Part shown: one piece after another, positions 25,881-33,017 of the stretch
Layout: the number at the start of each line of letters is the position of its first letter
Position numbering within the stretch: the stretch's first letter is position 1
Position numbers and translations under genes: made by a program
The notes under the pieces: model-generated
Told to the model about the DNA's origin: nothing
The model's database searches: none
The model's input: only the letters and a program-made list of their open reading frames with translations
Source: a virus
Lineage: Duplodnaviria; Caudoviricetes
Direction: 5' to 3' (one strand)
DNA: 46,497 nucleotides
Virus record (IMG/VR): IMGVR_UViG_3300037313_002209
Coordinates: 1-46,497 of that record

Positions 25881-26176
25881 TGGCTGTTGTGCCCACTCGT
25901 GAACAACAGAAAGAGATTCGCACATTGATGGCCAGGACTTACGCCAAGGCTAGCCATGCGATGACCGATAGCGTAACAGCGGCTGAGTTGCAGGTCGATG
26001 CTAAACATCCAAGTCGCTACGTAGCGTTGCTTACTGCTGCTGCCAAGCTAGTTATCCCTGAGAACTATACGTGGTCAATTATGCTGTCGCCAGGAGGGCG
26101 TGCACACCTATTAATTGCTCCTGTTGATACTTTGAGCGGCGAAAAGACTGAAATGCCATATGAGGGGCAAGAATAA
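25880..26176 (+). CDS. Hypothetical protein
   Basis: TGATG-coupled to the previous ORF. Confidence 0.55.
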   Translation: MAVVPTREQQKEIRTLMARTYAKASHAMTDSVTAAELQVDAKHPSRYVALLTAAAKLVIPENYTWSIMLSPGGRAHLLIAPVDTLSGEKTEMPYEGQE

Positions 26177-26221
26177 TGACGAGAGTCAGCCGAATAGAGT
26201 CAGGAATCCTTGAGAAGCTGG

Positions 26222-26794
26222 TTAGCGAACGGATTCTAACTGTTTAGCAATACGTGGCGCGATTTTTCGGAGGGCTCTTTCTGACTGAGATACTTGTTCG
26301 TCGGTTGGCAAATCATTGAACCAAAATGTGAATACAGCACCGATCATAAATCCATTTTCCCGCCATAATGGGCAGCCTTGATACGCTTTAACATTAAGGC
26401 TTGCTAAACGTTCTTTAACATTTTGATCGCCTATTTGGTCGAGAACGATTTTACGACATTTGTTATCAGTTAGGTAGTCAAGGTAGGTTGACCATTGGCT
26501 TAGTGGTAGATTTATGATCCGTTGTGTTTGAAAGAATTGCTGGCGTGTCCTTACAAACGCTACGTCAAACAGGAATTCAGGGGAAGATGAATTTTCAATT
26601 CTCAGATGAATTAATCCAACTCGCGCTTGCGCCGCCGACGGCACAGATTCTAGCACTTGATCGAGATATGAGTTTATCGACTTTTCAATTTGTTCATTGG
26701 CGTAGATAGCACTCATATTGAGATACTGTTCTGAGCTAGCTGCCATAGTTGCCAGACCAATACCTGCAATCAAACTGATCGTTTTAAGTTGCAT
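26222..26794 (-). CDS. Exported GAF-like domain protein, paralog 2
   Basis: Hydrophobic N-terminus; KAYQGCPLWRENGFMIGAVFTFW plus a terminal helix; aligns over its length with 26807..27406. Confidence 0.65.
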   Translation of the reverse strand: MQLKTISLIAGIGLATMAASSEQYLNMSAIYANEQIEKSINSYLDQVLESVPSAAQARVGLIHLRIENSSSPEFLFDVAFVRTRQQFFQTQRIINLPLSQWSTYLDYLTDNKCRKIVLDQIGDQNVKERLASLNVKAYQGCPLWRENGFMIGAVFTFWFNDLPTDEQVSQSERALRKIAPRIAKQLESVR

Positions 26795-26806
26795 GCATCA
26801 CGTCCC

Positions 26807-27406
26807 TCATCTGAGGTTGTTGGCTGAACTTTCAAGCTTGCTAGCAATAAGAGGTGCGTTGTCCCGGAGCACTTTTTCCGACTCTGTAAGCTGGAGGTAG
26901 GTTGGTAACTTTCCGGACCACAACATCAACACTGCGCCGATAAGAAAGCCGTTACTCCGTTTAAGAGGACACGCCAGAAACGCTTTAACTGATGCGTGGG
27001 ATAATGCCTCTCGCACATTCTGGTCGGGAATATTTGCAACTATTTGTTCTGGGCACTTGTCATCGGCAACATCGTCAAGATAGGTCCGCATTTGGGTTAA
27101 AGGCACATCTAAGGTCTTGCGGGGTTGGTAAAACTCAGCACGCGTCCTTGCAAACGCGATGTCATAGAGGTATTCCCTTAAGTTTTGTGATGGAATCCGA
27201 GGATGGATCAGCAGTACGAGAGCTTGCGACGCAGTTGGATCACTATCCAGGACAAAATCTAAGTAGCCGTTGACTTGTGCTTCGGTCTGTTTGCTTGCGT
27301 ACACAGTTGTCATACTGAGGTACTGTGCGGGTGCTGGCTGCATGTGCACTGTTTGCGCAGCCAGTAAACTTGCTGCAACTATAGCGAGCAAGCTGCGAAT
27401 ACCCAT
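26807..27406 (-). CDS. Exported GAF-like domain protein, paralog 1
   Basis: Signal-like N-terminus (..APA|QYL); KAFLACPLKRSNGFLIGAVLMLW; ATG abuts the protease stop. Confidence 0.65.
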   Translation of the reverse strand: MGIRSLLAIVAASLLAAQTVHMQPAPAQYLSMTTVYASKQTEAQVNGYLDFVLDSDPTASQALVLLIHPRIPSQNLREYLYDIAFARTRAEFYQPRKTLDVPLTQMRTYLDDVADDKCPEQIVANIPDQNVREALSHASVKAFLACPLKRSNGFLIGAVLMLWSGKLPTYLQLTESEKVLRDNAPLIASKLESSANNLR

Positions 27407-28027
27407 TTATCGCAGCCTGTCAATCCAACTAAGCAGTTCCTTTTGCAAATGTTTTTGCGCCTTGGGATCATGCCGCACAGATTCGGCCAGATCCTCAATA
27501 ATCTTGCCACGCTTACCGTTACGTGTTTCGTAGACCGGAATAGGATATGCCTGCGGCGCTGATGGTCTAGCCACAATGTCGACGGTGACTATCTCAAAAT
27601 CTGACACGTTTCCATTGTCGACGTTGCCCGATCCGCGAGATGACACGCCTAATTTCACACCACTCTCCAGCAATGTCCGCGCAATGTTGCCACATGGAGT
27701 GGGATAAATGCGCAGCTTGCCAACTCCATTTGGCCCGTCCATCCGCATTTCAACTATGCCGTGTGACACCCGGTCGAGGTTGATGTCCAATTCTTCCGGA
27801 TGTGTCAGTTCACCACATATCGCGCCAGTGTCAATTATCTGTTGATTTAATGACTCGACAGCTCTGCGGATCTCATTAACTGGATAAACCCTTTGGTTAT
27901 GATTTTTGATACCGCCTTGGATAAAGATACCACTCATAAAGAGATTCTTTCTCCCGCTATCATCATCCTGATGTTCAAGACGAATATGGGCATTATCAAA
28001 CGTTAGATTCTCCCTGAGTAATAACAT
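27407..28027 (-). CDS. gp21: Prohead protease (gp21-like)
   Basis: GIFIQG..KNHNQRVYP, GELTHP, RVSH, TPCGNI, LGVSSRGSG, DIVARPSAP. Confidence 0.95.
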   Translation of the reverse strand: MLLLRENLTFDNAHIRLEHQDDDSGRKNLFMSGIFIQGGIKNHNQRVYPVNEIRRAVESLNQQIIDTGAICGELTHPEELDINLDRVSHGIVEMRMDGPNGVGKLRIYPTPCGNIARTLLESGVKLGVSSRGSGNVDNGNVSDFEIVTVDIVARPSAPQAYPIPVYETRNGKRGKIIEDLAESVRHDPKAQKHLQKELLSWIDRLR

Positions 28028-28161
28028 GTCTTAAATTCCTCATTCCAGCTGGAGGCTTCGATCGAGCCATCTTTGGTTTTTCATTTTGTCAGGAACAAAC
28101 TCTTAATCATTGTTGATCTTTTTGTATCTGTTCGACAAGCCCTGACACTATGTTCTGTAGA

Positions 28162-28168
28162 TATTTAT
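28162..28168 (-). promoter_or_regulatory. T4-type late promoter
   Basis: ATAAATA upstream of the protease gene. Confidence 0.55.
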
Positions 28169-28354
28169 TTTGCTGCGCCGTCTTACCACCTAGTTATCCC
28201 CCTCACCAGAACAAACTTTACAAACCACTTTAGCGACGCAAATTAACGTGTTGCTCTCAGGCGTTGCATTACTATGATTAAGCCACACATAGTGACAGCT
28301 TGCTACCACCCACTGTGTTATTAACTAAACGGACTACGGTTATGGACAAAAAAT

Positions 28355-29503
28355 ATGACATCCGAAACGAGTGCAACTATTACTCAATTGCTGAACCAGC
28401 AACAGGCTCTCGCTGAATTTGGTAGTTTTGCGTTTCATGCTACCGATCTAAAAGAAGTGTTGAAAAGCGCGGTGCGAATCTGCGCTGAACGTATGTCGGT
28501 CGATCTATGCAAAATTTGCCAGTATAGGCCCGAGCATGATGATTTAGTCATAGTCGCGGGATATGGCTGGCATCAGATAGAGGAGCCATACTCAAAGGTT
28601 GATTCAACTAGTCCAGGAGGTCGGGCCTTTGTAACTGGGCAGCCAGTCATCTGTGAAGATCTCACCAAGGCAAGTGACTTCGTCCTGCCAGATTATTATA
28701 CATCAAACGGTGTTGTGTCATCAGTTAATGTCATCATACCGAGCATCGATACTGCAAGTGCACGGGTCTATGGTATCCTACAGGTAGATAGCAAATCCGT
28801 TCGCAGATTTGAACGACACGATATAAATTTCCTTACCTCATTTGGAAATGTGGTCGCCGAAGCTGTTGCGAATATGGTAAGAGCGGAGAGGTTGCAGGCT
28901 GCATTGGACGAACGTGAGCTATTAGCGCGCGAACTTCAACATCGTGTGCGAAATAATCTCCACCTCGTGTATTCGATGCTTAATATAGAGGCGGAGGTAA
29001 ATCCAGGTGCAGCCGATAGCTTTAGGGCGGTTGCTAGTAGGGTGCAAGCGCTAGCTGCTGTTTATGACCATCTCTTAGGAAGTGGCTTAACCAAAACTAT
29101 CAGTTTCAACCACTACTTAGATAAGCTGTGTTCCGTCCTAAGAACTATACATCCAGGCAACATAGAGCTCAACTCTGCTGAGCTCCATGAAGTGGTTGTA
29201 GATCTTGATACAGCAACCGCTATGGGCATCGCTGTTACAGAACTTATTGGAAATTGTTATAAACACGCGTTTCCCGACGGCGAGGGACAAATCGCTGTAA
29301 AGTTAACTGCCGACCAAGAAAAACCAGTGTTGTCTGTCCAAGATACTGGCGTTGGCATAAATCTCGACGCTGAATCGAGGCGCCACGGACTGGGACTAGT
29401 GCGACGCCTAGCGCAACAGGTGGGTGCCACGCTTGAAGTAGCAAGGCTCAGCCAAGGCACCCAATGTAGGATCATTCTACCATTAGTGACTGACACCAAG
29501 TAG
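28355..29503 (+). CDS. Cytoplasmic GAF sensor histidine kinase, HisKA_2/HWE type
   Basis: N-terminal GAF domain; H-box RELQHRVRNNL; N-box ELIGNCYKHAF; DTGVG and GLGL G-boxes. Confidence 0.92.
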   Translation: MTSETSATITQLLNQQQALAEFGSFAFHATDLKEVLKSAVRICAERMSVDLCKICQYRPEHDDLVIVAGYGWHQIEEPYSKVDSTSPGGRAFVTGQPVICEDLTKASDFVLPDYYTSNGVVSSVNVIIPSIDTASARVYGILQVDSKSVRRFERHDINFLTSFGNVVAEAVANMVRAERLQAALDERELLARELQHRVRNNLHLVYSMLNIEAEVNPGAADSFRAVASRVQALAAVYDHLLGSGLTKTISFNHYLDKLCSVLRTIHPGNIELNSAELHEVVVDLDTATAMGIAVTELIGNCYKHAFPDGEGQIAVKLTADQEKPVLSVQDTGVGINLDAESRRHGLGLVRRLAQQVGATLEVARLSQGTQCRIILPLVTDTK

Positions 29504-29886
29504 ATGCAAGCCTGACGGCGGCGAGCGAGTTGGTTCGTTTTGTTGCAATATCTCCGAAATAAATCTCAGAGATATTGCAGCGTCTCGGAGGCTAAAGGGT
29601 TTGCCGAGACACGCATGCCCTCGTGCACCGGCTACAAGATCTTTATTGCCAGTTGTATATAATATTCCTCCTTGTGGTGCAGGAGCTCGTTTGCCAATTC
29701 AGTTCCGAGCCCGTCGAGTAATTGGACATCAATAACTGCCAAATCGGGCGTGTGGCGCTGGGCAATAGCGATAGCTTCCGAGACCCTCTGCGCAATACCT
29801 ATTACCTCAAATCCCTCGTCGGCTAGAATCTCTGCCAACATGTCTGCCACCATTAGGTCGTCCTCAGCAATTAAAACAGTATCCAT
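29483..29886 (-). pseudogene. Single-domain response regulator, frameshifted
   Basis: Frame 0 gives VLIAEDD...PDLAVIDV. The -1 frame from 29668 gives GILYTTGN...CLGKPF...*, completing the receiver fold. Confidence 0.8.
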
Positions 29887-29994
29887 TTCGATCTCTATGT
29901 TCGAGTAGTTGCCGTGTGATATACAAAGTGTTTACCACACAAGTAGGCTAAACAGATGCGTTCAAATTTGCAATCCAATTGTAACCTGAATGTC

Positions 29995-30026
29995 AAAAAT
30001 AAAGGGAGCAGTTGCTCCCTTATTTT
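29995..30026. terminator. Bidirectional intrinsic terminator
   Basis: AAGGGAGCA-GT-TGCTCCCTT with A/T tails. Confidence 0.75.
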
Positions 30027-30042
30027 CAAAAGCGACAAGCTA

Positions 30043-30087
30043 TCACTTGTCCTTTTTACCGCCCTTCTTAACTGGTTTCTTAGCCAT
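30043..30087 (-). CDS. Putative 14-aa Lys-rich peptide MAKKPVKKGGKKDK
   Basis: AAAGGA SD 7 nt before ATG; fills the gap between the upstream stop and the terminator. Confidence 0.5.
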   Translation of the reverse strand: MAKKPVKKGGKKDK

Positions 30088-30102
30088 ATTTAGATCCTTT
30101 CT

Positions 30103-31266
30103 TTAATCCCTGGAAACTTGGTGGATCTCGTGGTTGTCACCTTCTGCATCCATCCACTTTTCCATGTCCTTCTGATTTCTAAACTTCTTTTTGAACTTCT
30201 TGCTTTCAGCGCCTCTTACACCATGTACGTATCTCGGTTCGTGATCCTGGAGGTCTGATTCGTACCGTGCTTCACTTACTTTGCCGGTCTTTTTTTTTGA
30301 CTCTGAAACTTTCCTGCCGCCAGCGAAGAAATTGTTAACTTTATCCTGCTCGTAACCTTCGCCTTTGTTATTCAGTAAGGCATTCTTTGGCCCCATCGCC
30401 GGCACCTTTTCGAGGTCGTCTTCAGCATTCTTTACCTGGTTCTTACGTAGCGGCGCCTTCTTGTATTCAGGCGTATCGTCGCCAAGGTACTTTGGCTTAT
30501 CCTCTCCGCCGAATTCAATAGGGTCATGCGCATAGACATCCGGCTTGTTCTTACCCGAAATGAGGCTTTTGTCATTAACCGTGCCTGCTGAGCCCCCTGT
30601 TCCGGAGTAGGTCGGCTTTTCAAGCTTCTGTGGCGTGACCTTCTCTAGTTCGAATGATTCGTCGAGATCGGCATAGTCACTCTCGTTGAATGGAACCTCC
30701 TCGTCCTGCGTAAAGCCTTCAGCTGGTTCATCATCAACTGCTGCATCAAGGTCATCACCAGCCATATTACCAGCGTCGGCGTCAGGTGGCAGTGTTGTAG
30801 ACGCGTCACCCATATCGTCACTACTTGCGCCAGTGATCTGTTCGAACTCAGCCTTCAACCGTGCCAGATCTGATTGTAGGTCATCAAATTGATCCATTAT
30901 TTCTGCAGGATCTGTAACGATGTCGTCTTCGCTGCCGCTAAACGGATCGTCGTTGCCGCCTGGCACGTCATCCGCCATGTCGGGACTGTCGAGGTCACTT
31001 TCGGCATCGTCAGCAGCCATGGCATCAACTTCACTGTCATCCGAGTCCTCGTCTTCAGATCCCTCGGCTTCGCCGTAGAATTCCTCACTGTCAACTTCGT
31101 CCTGGTCGTCCTCAATGTCGTTCTCAAGGACATCGTCATCCTGCATCAGGTTTTCGTGGATTGCTTTCGTCTTTTGCACGAACCACTGATGGAGAAGGGA
31201 CTCTGCCTTGTCCTGTTCCTCATTGATGAGCATGTCCAGAACCTTTTTAAGGTCTACTTTCTGCAT
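30103..31266 (-). CDS. Acidic prohead core/internal head protein, paralog 2
   Basis: Asp/Glu-rich; N-terminal LINEE..KA..LLH..FV helix; many (L/V/F)xE sites; lies between portal and protease. Confidence 0.7.
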   Translation of the reverse strand: MQKVDLKKVLDMLINEEQDKAESLLHQWFVQKTKAIHENLMQDDDVLENDIEDDQDEVDSEEFYGEAEGSEDEDSDDSEVDAMAADDAESDLDSPDMADDVPGGNDDPFSGSEDDIVTDPAEIMDQFDDLQSDLARLKAEFEQITGASSDDMGDASTTLPPDADAGNMAGDDLDAAVDDEPAEGFTQDEEVPFNESDYADLDESFELEKVTPQKLEKPTYSGTGGSAGTVNDKSLISGKNKPDVYAHDPIEFGGEDKPKYLGDDTPEYKKAPLRKNQVKNAEDDLEKVPAMGPKNALLNNKGEGYEQDKVNNFFAGGRKVSESKKKTGKVSEARYESDLQDHEPRYVHGVRGAESKKFKKKFRNQKDMEKWMDAEGDNHEIHQVSRD

Positions 31267-31309
31267 AGTAAGAAATCCTTCAAAAATTGGCGAGATCTTA
31301 AACTGTTAG

Positions 31310-31316
31310 TATTTAA
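31310..31316 (-). promoter_or_regulatory. T4-type late promoter
   Basis: TTAAATA upstream of 31266. Confidence 0.55.
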
Positions 31317-31375
31317 CAAGAGTCAACGATCATCGATAAAAACTGTATCAAAAGGGTGTTTTCACGGTAAAAGAA

Positions 31376-31399
31376 AGGGTTAGAAGCCGTTCTAACCCT
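31376..31399 (-). terminator. Intrinsic terminator
   Basis: AGGGTTAGAA-loop-TTCTAACCCT, followed by TTCTTTT on the minus strand. Confidence 0.7.
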
Positions 31400-31420
31400 G
31401 TTCCTGTGTAGTCGTGCGTT

Positions 31421-32272
31421 TTAGAAAGGTCGGGGCCCACGTAAGTCGTTACGTCCTCCCATTAAACTTTCTGCTTTTGAGTCTTCAGGAGTCTCCTTTG
31501 CAAGCAACGATCCTTTTGGGCCTCGTGCGGGGACCTTTTCCAAGGCAGTCTCTGCATTTTTGACCTGGTTCTTAAATAGCCGTCCTGACTTTACTGTGGG
31601 TGACGGCTCGCGATCATGCCCTGTAAACTCGGTCACCTTGGTTTCAATTGGTCCACCACCAATCCTATCACGAGGCGCATGAGTTGGCAGAAGGCTTTTA
31701 TGTTCGGCCTGTGGCGCATTGCCACCATCGGCTGCATATACAGGCCGGTCAAGCTTTGCTGGTGTGACCCGTTCTAACTCGAACGATTCATCGAGATCTT
31801 CGAAGCTTAATTCTGCCTCGTCATCTTCGGGCTCCTCGGGTGCCTCATCTCCTGTTATAGCTGCCTGTAATTCAGCTCGCAACTTCTGAAGCTCCTGCTC
31901 TAAATCATCAACCCGATCCTCAAGGCCAACCTCGTCGCCCATATCACCTGGCGTTTCAACATCGGTTTCATTATCGTCAGGAAATTCATTGTCGTCGGGG
32001 TCTGGATCGTTATCGCCAGCTTCAGGCAGCTCGTCAGGCGTGAGGATAAGTTCGTCTACATCATCATCCGCCGTTTGAATGCCGCTGATAGGCGATAAGT
32101 TTTCGTCGGTCTGTTCTGCGTCGTCATCCGTCTGCTCTACACTCTCTTTTACCAGCGTGCGGTGGATTTGCGAGCACCGGTCAACGAACCACTTGTGAAG
32201 GATTGATGCTGCCACGTCGCGCTCTTCTTTTACAAGTTGGTCAAGCACGGATTGTAGATTAATATTCTCCAT
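31421..32272 (-). CDS. Acidic prohead core/internal head protein, paralog 1
   Basis: Shares the N-terminal helix, DLDESFELE.VTP.KL..P.Y and KNQVKNAE..LEKVPA.GPK with 30103..31266. Confidence 0.7.
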   Translation of the reverse strand: MENINLQSVLDQLVKEERDVAASILHKWFVDRCSQIHRTLVKESVEQTDDDAEQTDENLSPISGIQTADDDVDELILTPDELPEAGDNDPDPDDNEFPDDNETDVETPGDMGDEVGLEDRVDDLEQELQKLRAELQAAITGDEAPEEPEDDEAELSFEDLDESFELERVTPAKLDRPVYAADGGNAPQAEHKSLLPTHAPRDRIGGGPIETKVTEFTGHDREPSPTVKSGRLFKNQVKNAETALEKVPARGPKGSLLAKETPEDSKAESLMGGRNDLRGPRPF

Positions 32273-32329
32273 TTTTCCTTGAACTCCCTAACACTTGGGC
32301 TCGCAAAAGCCACACAGGTCTACAGGACC

Positions 32330-32337
32330 TATTTATA
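32330..32337 (-). promoter_or_regulatory. T4-type late promoter
   Basis: Exact TATAAATA upstream of 32272. Confidence 0.75.
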
Positions 32338-32418
32338 AACTGGATGGTTATATGCGTGCAAAATTGACTGAAACCAGAGTTGGCGTTATTCTGGATGAAA
32401 ATAGTCGAGGAAAGTAGC

Positions 32419-32736
32419 ATGGATAGTAATTTAATTAAAGAAGCGGTCAACAAGGCCAACAAGATAATTGCCAGCCGCGACCGAGGATTCGAGACAAATG
32501 AATGCCGGTCTCTTGCGACGAATTTAATCCTACATCTAACGACCCATTTTGATAGGGCGCCGGCTACTGCGGCTGCAGTAATTCAATATCTTTCCGATAA
32601 TGGCTTTAAAATTACTAACCTAAAAGGCGACGCTTACTTTCGTTTTATGCGGATGTTTGGGCCTCGCATTTCACAGTTTTCAACAGAAGAAGTCGAGCAA
32701 TTGCGTAAGATAGCGAAGAAACTTATGCTCAATTAG
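32419..32736 (+). CDS. Hypothetical protein
   Basis: GAGGA SD before ATG 32419; opposite strand to its neighbours. Confidence 0.55.
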   Translation: MDSNLIKEAVNKANKIIASRDRGFETNECRSLATNLILHLTTHFDRAPATAAAVIQYLSDNGFKITNLKGDAYFRFMRMFGPRISQFSTEEVEQLRKIAKKLMLN

Positions 32737-33017
32737 AGGGATTGTTCATCGCTAGCTGGAGCAGCGTACATTATACCTAGGATCTTCTGCTTTTGCATAA
32801 TCTCCAGCTTTTTTGCCGCTCGTATCATCTTCAAACGATTTAACATTTTCAGGGTAATTTTTGGCTTCCGTGTGTCACCAAGGTGACGCTTTTCAACCTC
32901 GTCGTCCTCCGCGGAATACCTGCCTTCTCCAGCGCGTGCGTCTAAATCGGCCATCGAAAGTTGTTGGCCGATTGAAGTTGTAGCCGGGCCTGATTCCAAT
33001 ATCTCGCGCATCCTCAT
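32733..33017 (-). CDS. Small head-module protein downstream of the portal
   Basis: ATGA-coupled to the portal; DTRKPKITLKMLNRLK motif. Confidence 0.7.
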   Translation of the reverse strand: MRMREILESGPATTSIGQQLSMADLDARAGEGRYSAEDDEVEKRHLGDTRKPKITLKMLNRLKMIRAAKKLEIMQKQKILGIMYAAPASDEQSL

